Assembly: GCA_965212055.1 (NCBI GenBank)
Contig: OZ243041.1
Location: forward strand, 192,001 to 256,000
Reading direction: 5' to 3'
DNA length: 64,000 nucleotides
DNA from: Fidelibacterota bacterium
GTDB lineage: Bacteria > Fidelibacterota > Marinisomatia > Marinisomatales > Marinisomataceae
Both the position numbers and the translations under genes were made by a program. Of the stretch, positions 29,750 through 38,643 are shown in pieces. Position 1 is the first letter of the stretch; each line of letters begins with the position of its first letter. A model generated the notes under the pieces. It made no database searches. It saw only the letters and a program-made list of their open reading frames with translations, and was not told where the DNA came from.

Positions 29750-31470
29750 CTCGCTCATTTTATTATTTTTTTCTTTTCTCACTCATCTTCACGCTCAAAA
29801 TGATAACCCTACTGCTAATTTTGACGATTATTACTATTTTAGTTTAGACATATGTTAAGTCAAGACATTATTGATGAAATACAATCAAAGAAAAAGGTTT
29901 TAACAATTTTGTAGTAAATAAATTAAATGAAAAAATAGAACAAAAAGTATCTATTGGATCTTATTTTGATGAGGATGCATATTTATCTCAATTACTTTCT
30001 TGAACAATCCATCTGCAAGTGAAGCTAATGCACTAAAGGGTCTCTATTATCGTTCTGGAGGATATGTCACTAAGCTTTCAAATCGTACAATGATCTTAGA
30101 GAATAAAGTGTTAAAAACATGGAATGTTTCAAATAAGGACTTAATTGATTTTTATGGAGGTTTTTCAGCAATAGCAGCAATGAATAAAACAATTGAAGAA
30201 TTAGATTTATCCTTAATTTTACAAGCAAATAGTATGGAAATCGTGTCTTATCCAAATGTGCAAGTTAATGCAACATACATTGGTACAAATGATGCTTTAA
30301 AATATCATAATATTAAAGATAAAGATGTTACTTTTGATATTCTTTTAATGATTTAGATGACCTTGAAGGACATATATTATTTTCTTAATGTTTCTGGAAA
30401 TATTCCACTTGATTATACCACAAAATTAGAAAAGGAATCTGAGCTATTAGAGGATTTAGATCCTACCATTGCACATTTTTTAACGGAAGGGGTACTGGTT
30501 TTAATTCCACCTTTACCTTTAAAGAAACTGATGAGGTTTATGAAAAAAGCAAAAAATGATTTCAATGTTCTTGAATTAATTTTGGATACTTATATTACTG
30601 ATGAATTTTATTATCAATCAGAGCTATATGCTAAAACAGGTATTTCTACATTTGAAGATAACAGCCTTCCACATTATTTGATAATTAAATTTAGAAGAAA
30701 ACTATTATAATAATATATTAAAAAATACAGAAGGTTCACTGATTGTGGCATTTGAGCCTTGGGAAATTGTTACATTTGAAGATCCTCAGAAAATGAGTTA
30801 TTATTAGCGCATATGATAATGATTTTTTGTTAAGATATCCAGAAAGACTAAGTTTTGGAGAAAGAGTTAGATATAAAGTCGATTCTCACAAACCATAAAG
30901 TTGAAGGTATTCTCTTCAACTTATCAAAGAGTCCAGTGATAGGAAAAAAACTATCCTAACCAAAGAGTTCAGTAGATTTTGAAATATTTCGTTATAACAA
31001 GATCTGTATTGGCAGATGATGTATATTATCCTACTTTGAAAAATATTTCCATAGATGGAAAAAAAGTTAAAAGTTTACAACATACTAATGAAACAACATA
31101 TTCAGTTTCGATATTATTTAGAAAATAGTTATAACGGTGCATTTTCTAGATTAAATGAAAAGATAAGTGTAGATTTATTGATAATTCTACATTAGTCTTC
31201 GATGTTCCAAATAATTCAAAAGAATTAAAAAAATTACCTTACGAAGGAAGGTTAAAACTTTACTTCAAGGTAAATGTGTATTATAAATATCCTCAAGTGA
31301 TTATTATGAAGGTAAAAAAATTGTTCAATATGATGAGTATGGACGTGAAGACTATCCAATCACACTACGTTATAGAACTCTTTTTAAAACGCTAGTGATT
31401 GAAATAGAGCTAGATACAAGCAAAAAAAGAATGAAAAAGTTGATGAAAGAGGATATCAGATTTTTAATTT
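29750..31470 (+). pseudogene. Fragmented large hypothetical secreted-protein gene (multiple frameshifts, or sequence errors)
   Basis: Protein-like segments continue across frames (..SFLTHLHAQNDNPTANF.. / MLSQDIIDEIQSK / GFNNFVVNKLNEKIEQK..LNNPSASEANA); includes track ORFs 30000-30356 and 30357-30710; no start codon visible. Confidence 0.5.
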
Positions 31471-31476
31471 TTATTT

Positions 31477-31905
31477 ATGAAGAAAACATTATTAATTATA
31501 CTATTATTGACTTTGAGTTATGGTCAATCAAAGATTATAACTATGAATAATGATGTTGTCATTATCAGTCAGGACGAAGTTGTTGTTGAAGTGTTAGGAA
31601 TGGTATGTTCATTGTGTGCATATGGTTTAGAGAAAGGGCTATCAGATTTAGATGAGATAAACAAAAAAAAGTATGATAATGGCATCTATATTGATATTAA
31701 TAATCAATATATAAAAATCTCAGTTTTAAAAAATAAGTCAGTTGATATTGATCAGGTTGCATCTGTTATTAGAGATTCTGGTTTTGAAGCAAACACTATT
31801 TTTGAATTACAAGACAACAAAGTTGTTGAATATAAGCTTGATAAATCAAATAAAATGAAACCTATGAATCATGACCATAATCATGATAAAGATCATAATC
31901 ATTAA
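31477..31905 (+). CDS. Exported heavy-metal-associated (HMA) domain protein with His-rich tail
   Basis: Signal peptide, V.GMVCSLC motif, C-terminal HDHNHDKDHNH. Confidence 0.75.
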   Translation: MKKTLLIILLLTLSYGQSKIITMNNDVVIISQDEVVVEVLGMVCSLCAYGLEKGLSDLDEINKKKYDNGIYIDINNQYIKISVLKNKSVDIDQVASVIRDSGFEANTIFELQDNKVVEYKLDKSNKMKPMNHDHNHDKDHNH

Positions 31906-31917
31906 TCTTTTTGTAAG

Positions 31918-32532
31918 GTGGGAAAAGAAATCATAAGACTATTTTTAATTACTATTTTTCTTTTAAGTCATCTATTTAGTCATCCTGTTATTTTTAAAGG
32001 CGGGAAGGTATTTTGGGTTACTCAAACACTTAACTATAATGATATTCGCTTTGGAACATCCCAAACAAGTAATTGGTTAATAGGAGGACGGTTATTAGAG
32101 GATAGAAATTTGAATGAATCCTTTGTATTAATTAACAATAATTACCTTTTAAAGAGATGGAATGCTCCCAATGCTCAAGCAAATATCTATCTATTATCAA
32201 GCGTAGGTATTAATACTAAAGATAATAAAGAAATGGGCACCTTTGGTATACATGGAGACTGGGAAAATAGACGTTATATGGTGATGCAAATGATGGAATA
32301 TTTTTCACATAATGAATCTTGGGTATCGAATACCAGATTATCTGTCAGCCCTTATACAGTGGACTATACTAAAATGTCAGTATGGTTGATTGCAAATTAT
32401 GAAGTAACCTACCAAGATGATGAATATTCATCAACGTTGATACCAGTTGTTCGTTTGTTTAAGGGAAATTATTTGGTAGAATTTGGAAAGAGCAAAGATA
32501 ATTCATTTTTATCATTGATGATTCATTTTTAA
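31918..32532 (+). CDS. Hypothetical exported beta-rich protein
   Basis: Signal peptide ending before HP, beta-strand pattern, terminal Phe. Confidence 0.55.
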   Translation: MGKEIIRLFLITIFLLSHLFSHPVIFKGGKVFWVTQTLNYNDIRFGTSQTSNWLIGGRLLEDRNLNESFVLINNNYLLKRWNAPNAQANIYLLSSVGINTKDNKEMGTFGIHGDWENRRYMVMQMMEYFSHNESWVSNTRLSVSPYTVDYTKMSVWLIANYEVTYQDDEYSSTLIPVVRLFKGNYLVEFGKSKDNSFLSLMIHF

Positions 32533-32574
32533 TTTGGGAATACACGTTAAATAAACATTAATAAGGAGAATTAT

Positions 32575-33261
32575 TTGAATACTAAAGAAAAAAAAGTAAG
32601 AAAATTTTTATCAAAAAAAATTCACGAATTAAACGATGTTGTTGCAGACCTAGATACGCTTGTAACGGAAATGGGTTCAGAATATTTCCGAGTATGTATT
32701 TTTGGTTCTGCAAGAATTGAACCTGAATCAAAAGAGTATAAAAAAGTGTATAGACTGGCAAAAGAATTGGCGTCAAATGGAGCAGATATTGTCACTGGAG
32801 GTGGCCCTGGACTTATGGAGGCAGCAAATGCTGGAGCAAAAGAGGGAGGATCCAATTCAAAATCTTATGGAATTAGGATACAATTGCCATTTGAATCAGG
32901 ATTTAATAATCATATAGATACTAAACTTAATCACAAAAAATTCTCTTCTCGATTAGACGAGTTTATGAGACTTAGTCATGCTATTGTAGTGACACCTGGT
33001 GGCGTTGGTACTTTGCTTGAATTCTTCTTTGCTTGGCAGTTGATGCAAGTTAATCATATTTCATCAAGACCAATCATTCTTGTTGGGTCAATGTGGCATG
33101 AATTAATTAATTGGATTAAGGAAAATTCCTTAAAAAGAGAGCTTCTTGATAAAGAAGATTTTGATAACATTTTTGTTGTTGATAATATACAAGAGGTAAC
33201 CAAGATGTTAAAACCTCATATCGAAGCATTTTATGTAAACAAGCTTAAATCGAAGCCTTAA
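32575..33261 (+). CDS. LOG family nucleotide phosphoribohydrolase
   Basis: IFGSAR, TGGGPGLMEAAN, PGGVGTL.E; TTG start after AAGGAG. Confidence 0.9.
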   Translation: MNTKEKKVRKFLSKKIHELNDVVADLDTLVTEMGSEYFRVCIFGSARIEPESKEYKKVYRLAKELASNGADIVTGGGPGLMEAANAGAKEGGSNSKSYGIRIQLPFESGFNNHIDTKLNHKKFSSRLDEFMRLSHAIVVTPGGVGTLLEFFFAWQLMQVNHISSRPIILVGSMWHELINWIKENSLKRELLDKEDFDNIFVVDNIQEVTKMLKPHIEAFYVNKLKSKP

Positions 33262-33342
33262 ACATTACCAAATTTTTGTAATTTGTAATTTTATTGATAT
33301 TGAGTTAAGTTAACTGAAATATAAATTAATCAAGGATGAGAT

Positions 33343-33775
33343 ATGTATTGTAGAGAATGTGGAAAGAAAGTCAATGAAAATGCTGTTGCTTGTACCGGCT
33401 GTGGAGTAAATCCAAAGCTGTCTAAAAACTTTTGTGGAGCATGTGGTGTCAAAACAAAAGACAATCAAATAGTGTGTCTAAAATGTGGAGTTTCTTTAGG
33501 AGGTTCTTTTAGGAGGTTCTTCTACTGGTGAAAAAAGTAAAATTATAGCATTTCTTTTAGCCTTATTCTTAGGTTCGATAGGTGTACATAAATTTTATCT
33601 AGGCTACAATACTCAAGGTATAATTATGTTATTATGTGGGACCGTGGGATGGATCTTATTTTTACCCCCACTTGTTATGGCAGTTATTGCACTTATTGAA
33701 GCAATCATGTATATCAGCAAATCTGATGAAGAATTCCAAGAAATCTATGTTGATAATGAAAAACCTTGGTTATAA
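33343..33775 (+). CDS. Double zinc ribbon + TM2 domain protein (one-base frameshift near 33508)
   Basis: Four CxxC, then after removing one T in tcttttagga: GSSTGEKSKIIAFLLALFLGSIGVHKFYLGY...EAIMYISKSDEEFQEIYVDNEKPWL. Confidence 0.8.
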
Positions 33776-33795
33776 ATAATTAAAAGGAGAATAAA

Positions 33796-34047
33796 ATGAA
33801 TCAAACATCAAGTGGACCTGAAAAATCAAGAATTACTGCTGCACTTTTAGCATTTTTCCTAGGTATTTTTGGAGTTCACAAATTTTATTTAGGATATAGT
33901 ACCACTGGAATCATTCAGTTGGTTTTAGGTATTGTGACCTGTGGATTGACTGGCATTATTGCTTTCATTGAATTCATAATTTATCTGATGAAATCTGATG
34001 AAGACTTCCAAGCAATCTATGTTGATAACGAAAAACATTGGTTTTAA
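33796..34047 (+). CDS. TM2 domain protein
   Basis: KSRITAALLAFFLG.FGVHKFYLGY motif; AAGGAG RBS. Confidence 0.9.
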   Translation: MNQTSSGPEKSRITAALLAFFLGIFGVHKFYLGYSTTGIIQLVLGIVTCGLTGIIAFIEFIIYLMKSDEDFQAIYVDNEKHWF

Positions 34048-34077
34048 AAATAATTTTTAAAAGAATGAAAGATCAAA

Positions 34078-34534
34078 ATGCATTGTAAAGAATGTGGTAA
34101 AAAGTGTCATGATAACGCTGTTGCTTGTACAAGTTGCGGTACCAATCCACGGCTTGGGCGTAATTTTTGTAACGCTTGTGGGGTAAAAACAAAAGACAAT
34201 CAAGTAGTGTGTTTAAAATGTGGTGTTTCACTTGGTTCATCAGGACCAAGGCAAACTACTAGAAGCGCAAGGCAAACTGCTAGCCTTGGACATGTTGATA
34301 ATCATATGGTGAAAGCAATCTTAGTGACTGTTCTGTTGTTGCTTGCCGTTAGGTATTGTTGCCATCATCAAGTCATCTGAAGTCAATGGTAAGCTTGCTG
34401 CAGGAGATGTACAAGGAGCTCAAATTTCTGCTGCATCATCAAATAGTTGGTCTAATATGGGCATCATACTTGGATTGGTGTTTGGCATATTATATTTTTT
34501 CCTTCTGATGAGTGACATATTATTTTATTTATAG
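34078..34534 (+). CDS. Double zinc ribbon + CD225/dispanin protein (one-base frameshift near 34332)
   Basis: Four CxxC; joining track ORFs 34078-34380 and 34343-34534 gives NHMVKAILVTVCCCLPLGIVAIIKSSEVN..GD..GA. Confidence 0.78.
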
Positions 34535-34568
34535 AATTAGATTGAATTATTAAACAAAGAGGTAATAA

Positions 34569-34799
34569 ATGAGTCAACATGTTAATAACAATATGGTTAA
34601 AGCAATTCTTGTTACCATCTGTTGTTGCTTTCCGTTCGGTATTGTTGCCATTATCAAGGCATCTGAAGTCAATGGTAAACTTGCTGCAGGGGATGTACAA
34701 GGAGCTCAACTTTCTGCTGCTGAGGCAGATAAATGGGGTAACTACGGATTAATTTGCGGTATTATATTTGTAGTCCTATATTTATGTTGGTATTTGTAG
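34569..34799 (+). CDS. CD225/dispanin (IFITM-like) family protein
   Basis: N.MV.AILVT.CCC.PFGIVAII.AS.V.....GD..GA...A..A..W; C-terminus may extend to 34822 if a base is missing near 34786. Confidence 0.85.
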   Translation: MSQHVNNNMVKAILVTICCCFPFGIVAIIKASEVNGKLAAGDVQGAQLSAAEADKWGNYGLICGIIFVVLYLCWYL

Positions 34800-34895
34800 G
34801 CGTATTAGCAACTGGTATATAATTTGTATAATCGCTATTGTATAAATTATAAATACAAAAAATTATTTATCTTAGATAACAATCTGTTGTAATAA

Positions 34896-35348
34896 TTGCA
34901 TATCAACTTAAATAGAGTAGAGATTAATGAATCTGAAAGATTAGAATCAAAGAAGAGTTTCTTTGCCATTCTTCTTGGTGCTTTTGTTTTAGTGTTTATG
35001 TTTTCTTACTATCCAATCGGAGGAGAAGGAGTTAATTTTTATCCCCCTTGTCTTTGGTTTGCATTAACCGACACATATTGTCCTGGATGTGGTTCTATGC
35101 GAGGTATTCAGTCAATGATTGAAGGGAATATTCTTGGATTACTTGAGAATAATATCTTTGTATTTATAGCACTACCTTTTTTGTTCTATTCTTTTATTAT
35201 CCTTGGGATCAAAGCATTTAGGGGGTACAAACCATTAACCATATTCTTGACACAAAATGAAATATATTTTATTGTTTTTATGATAGTAGTATTTTGGATT
35301 GTTAGAAATATTCCTGCTTTCGAAATTCTTGCTCCAAATTCAATTTAA
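34896..35348 (+). CDS. DUF2752 domain membrane protein
   Basis: PC...LT..YCPGCG.MR motif and F.IVRN C-terminus; start uncertain (TTG). Confidence 0.82.
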   Translation: MHINLNRVEINESERLESKKSFFAILLGAFVLVFMFSYYPIGGEGVNFYPPCLWFALTDTYCPGCGSMRGIQSMIEGNILGLLENNIFVFIALPFLFYSFIILGIKAFRGYKPLTIFLTQNEIYFIVFMIVVFWIVRNIPAFEILAPNSI

Positions 35349-35411
35349 TCTTTTCTTTTGAAGTATACTTTCGTTAGAATATGTTGCATATAAATAAAAA
35401 CAGGAGAAAAA

Positions 35412-35753
35412 ATGCATATATTAGTTATTAATTTTAGTCTTGAAGGACTTCCTCATGAAGAATATTTAAAAATTGCTGATGAACTAGCACCAGTGTTTGC
35501 TGATGTGCCTGGTTTATGTTCCAAAGTATGGTTAGCAGATCAAGAAAATAATACTTACGGAGGAGTTTATACTTTTGAAAGCAAACAAGCGTGTGATGAT
35601 TATTGCAATGGTGAACTTTTTGCTAGTGTTGGAAGCAATCCAAACTTTGTGAATGTTACAGCAAAAACTTTTGGGACCCTTGAAGGGCCAACCAAAGTTT
35701 GTAAGAATTGTTGTTGTAAAGAACCAACTACAGATTCTTGCAGTTGTTGTTAA
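35412..35753 (+). CDS. YdhR-family putative monooxygenase with Cys-rich tail
   Basis: PGL.SKVWL....N.YGGVY.F motif; tail CKNCCCKEPTTDSCSCC; AGGAG RBS. Confidence 0.8.
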   Translation: MHILVINFSLEGLPHEEYLKIADELAPVFADVPGLCSKVWLADQENNTYGGVYTFESKQACDDYCNGELFASVGSNPNFVNVTAKTFGTLEGPTKVCKNCCCKEPTTDSCSCC

Positions 35754-36205
35754 AAAGAATCATATTTCTCACATTCCTTATTGCGCTAGCCTATGGTCAA
35801 GATGTAGAGGCTGATAGTGCTATCGAAGGGTATGAGCAGGCTGAAGAAGAACTGCTTGAATCTATCAAAGAAGAATCGAATAAAAGCGAGAAAAAAAGAA
35901 AACGAAAACTTGCTAATCGAGATACCTACCAAGCACTTACAATGCAAACGCTTACTACCACTGCTGGGATATTTGTTGCTGCCAATCTTCCACATGATGC
36001 GATGACTACCTATTCTACCATTGCGTTAGTTTATCCTACAGCAAAATTGGTTAGCATTGGTAAGAGTGATGCCAGTAAACAAGTAAAAGCAGATCGGAAA
36101 GAAAGGGTGTTAAAAGCTTCTGTTGTTGGGGCGATTCCAATTGTCAATATTGTGGCTACAATTGCTTTTATTCCAATTGTGTTTGCATCTGAAATTATTA
36201 ATTAG
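35738..36205 (+). CDS. Hypothetical exported/membrane protein
   Basis: Signal peptide, charged coil, hydrophobic C-terminus; start uncertain. Confidence 0.5.
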   Translation: MQLLLKRIIFLTFLIALAYGQDVEADSAIEGYEQAEEELLESIKEESNKSEKKRKRKLANRDTYQALTMQTLTTTAGIFVAANLPHDAMTTYSTIALVYPTAKLVSIGKSDASKQVKADRKERVLKASVVGAIPIVNIVATIAFIPIVFASEIIN

Positions 36206-36292
36206 ACTGATTCTGAAAAAATAACTAACTTTATTAAAAGAAGAAGGGGATAGGGGATCCTCTTTTTTATTTTAACAACTAAGGAGAAAAAA

Positions 36293-36454
36293 ATGAAAAA
36301 AATAATGATGAGCCCTCTATTAATGACAGCCGTTCTATTCGCAGATGAACATGGTGCAGAAGAAGCAGCATCTGATGGCGGTCTTGGTACATGGACATGG
36401 GTAGGTATAGCAGCAGTTGCTGTTATAGCATTTCTTTGGATGAGAAATAACTAA
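36293..36454 (+). CDS. 53-aa signal peptide + C-terminal membrane-anchor microprotein, copy 1
   Basis: MKKIMMSPLLMTAVLFADEHGAEEAASDGGLGTWTWVGIAAVAVIAFLWMRNN; AAGGAG RBS; below ORF-track length cutoff. Confidence 0.75.
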   Translation: MKKIMMSPLLMTAVLFADEHGAEEAASDGGLGTWTWVGIAAVAVIAFLWMRNN

Positions 36455-36515
36455 TTTTATTAAAGAAGAAGAGGATAAGGGATCCTCTTTTTTATTTAAC
36501 AACCAAGAGAAAAAA

Positions 36516-36680
36516 ATGAAAAAAATAATGATGAGCCCTCTATTAATGACAGCCGTTCTATTCGCAGATGAACATGGTGCAGAAGAAGCAGCATCTGATG
36601 GCGGTCTTGGTACATGGATGTGGGTAGGTATAGCAGCAGTTGCTGTTGCGGGTTTGTGGTATTGCAAAAATAACTGCTAA
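36516..36680 (+). CDS. 54-aa microprotein, copy 2
   Basis: MKKIMMSPLLMTAVLFADEHGAEEAASDGGLGTWMWVGIAAVAVAGLWYCKNNC; frame preserved despite diverged 3' end. Confidence 0.72.
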   Translation: MKKIMMSPLLMTAVLFADEHGAEEAASDGGLGTWMWVGIAAVAVAGLWYCKNNC

Positions 36681-36720
36681 TTCTTTTCCACATACTATAA
36701 GGGTTTGCTAAATTAACATT

Positions 36721-38643
36721 GTGAAAAAATACAATGTTCCTAGGGGATTTCTATCCTCAACTGGTATCAATAGCCTCGAAGATTATCTCGTTCTCAAAAA
36801 TTCTGCTCGCAAAGATCCTTCTACATTTTGGAACAAAGTAGCTGAACGTATTGATTGGTTTGAAAAATGGACCGATGTCAATAAGACTAATTATCATAAC
36901 GCGCATATTGAATGGTTTACTAATGGGAAGCTCAATGCTTCTTACAATTGTATTGATCGACATGTCAATAATGGACTAGGAGATAAGACAGCATTGATTT
37001 GGCAGTCGAATGATATTGATGTTAGCAAAAATGTTACTTATAACGAGTTGTTAGTACATGTTTCTCAATTTGCCAACGCCTTAAAAAAAGCAAATATTCA
37101 CAAAGGAGATCGTGTCTGTATTTATATGCAAATGATTCCAGAAGCTATTGTTGCTATGTTAGCCTGTGCACGTATTGGAGCAGTGCATTCTGTTGTATTT
37201 GGAGCATTTTCTAGCGATGCATTAAAAGATAGAATTAATGATTCTGAATGTAAGCTATTGATTACACAGGATAATGGGGTTCGTGGTATAAAACAAGATA
37301 TTCCAATGAAAGAAAATGCAAATCATATTGCAGATGAATGTCCTTCACTAGAAAAGATTATAGTGGTAGATCGATGCGGACATGATGTAGCAATGCAAGA
37401 CGGAAGAGATATCTATTGGCATGACTTCATAGAAGGATGTGATACAACATGTGAACCTGAAGTAATGGATGCTGAAGATCCTTTATTCATTTTATATACT
37501 TCTGGATCTACCGGAACACCAAAAGGCGTATTGCATACTACCGGTGGATATATGGTGTATACTTCTCATACCCATGAGATGGTGTTTGATCATCATCAAG
37601 ATCATATCTATTGGTGCACTGCTGATATTGGTTGGGTTACTGGACATTCCTATATTGTGTATGGACCGCTTTCCAATGGAGTGACCCAAGTTATTTTTGA
37701 GGGGGTCCCAAATTATCCTGACAATGGCCGTTTTTGGCAAATTGTAGAACAGCATAAAGTAAATATTTTTTATACAGCTCCCACCGCATTACGCGCATTA
37801 ATGAAAGAAGGAGATGATTTCCCAAATCAATATGATTTATCAAGTCTACGTGTTTTAGGAACAGTGGGAGAGCCAATTAAATCACCTGAATGGCATTGGT
37901 ATTTTCAAGTCATAGGAAAAGAAAAATGCCCCATTGTTGATACGTGGTGGCAAACAGAAACAGGTGGAGTATTAATGTCTCCAATCCCAGGGTGCGTTCC
38001 AACAAAACCTGGTTCAGCTACATTGCCGTTACCTGGAATCGAACCTGCGATCCTAGATGAGAATGGGAATGAAATTACCGAACCCAATGTCACTGGATTT
38101 TTAGTGATGACACAATCTTGGCCTGGTCAAATGCGAACTGTATATGGCGATCATCAACGTTTCAAAGATACTTATTTTTCTCAAGCTCCTGGAAATTATT
38201 TTACGGGTGATGGAGCGTTTGTTGATGAAGATGGATATTATTGGATTACAGGAAGAGTAGATGATGTATTAAATGTGTCAGGGCATCGTATTGGTACCGC
38301 AGAAGTAGAAGGAGCCATTGGTGCTGCAAGTGGAGTAGCAGAAGCAGCTGTGATTGGATATACACATGAGATTAAAGGAGAGGGTATCTATGCCTTTGTT
38401 ACTTTAATGACAGGCGTTGAACCATCTGATGATATTAAAACAGATATTTTAGCTACCGTAACAAAAATTATTGGTCCTCATGCCAAACCAAGTGTGATAC
38501 AATTCTGTGATGGGTTACCAAAAACACGATCTGGAAAAATTATGCGAAGAATTCTTAAAAAAATTGCTCAAAATGAAACAGATGACTTGGGTGATATTTC
38601 TACGTTAGCAGATCCAAGTGTAATCGATAGTCTATTACGTTAA
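36721..38643 (+). CDS. acs: Acetyl-CoA synthetase
   Basis: LYTSGSTGTPKG, ADIGWVTGHSY, DTWWQTETGG, LPKTRSGKIMRR; GTG start. Confidence 0.97.
   Translation: MKKYNVPRGFLSSTGINSLEDYLVLKNSARKDPSTFWNKVAERIDWFEKWTDVNKTNYHNAHIEWFTNGKLNASYNCIDRHVNNGLGDKTALIWQSNDIDVSKNVTYNELLVHVSQFANALKKANIHKGDRVCIYMQMIPEAIVAMLACARIGAVHSVVFGAFSSDALKDRINDSECKLLITQDNGVRGIKQDIPMKENANHIADECPSLEKIIVVDRCGHDVAMQDGRDIYWHDFIEGCDTTCEPEVMDAEDPLFILYTSGSTGTPKGVLHTTGGYMVYTSHTHEMVFDHHQDHIYWCTADIGWVTGHSYIVYGPLSNGVTQVIFEGVPNYPDNGRFWQIVEQHKVNIFYTAPTALRALMKEGDDFPNQYDLSSLRVLGTVGEPIKSPEWHWYFQVIGKEKCPIVDTWWQTETGGVLMSPIPGCVPTKPGSATLPLPGIEPAILDENGNEITEPNVTGFLVMTQSWPGQMRTVYGDHQRFKDTYFSQAPGNYFTGDGAFVDEDGYYWITGRVDDVLNVSGHRIGTAEVEGAIGAASGVAEAAVIGYTHEIKGEGIYAFVTLMTGVEPSDDIKTDILATVTKIIGPHAKPSVIQFCDGLPKTRSGKIMRRILKKIAQNETDDLGDISTLADPSVIDSLLR

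Larger units (their letters stand above)
36219..36680 (+). repeat. Tandem duplication, two ~223-bp units each with hairpin, RBS and small ORF
   Basis: Near-identical units starting aaataactaa(c/t)tttattaaa at ~36219 and ~36445. Confidence 0.95.

Noticed and set aside
36335..36693. Minus-strand track ORFs of 110 and 65 aa
   Set aside because: Antisense shadows of the two plus-strand microproteins, which have RBS-like leaders and signal/TM architecture.
29746..36700. Intact prophage or integrative element at tRNA-Val
   Set aside because: No integrase, transposase, phage structural gene or attR duplication detected.
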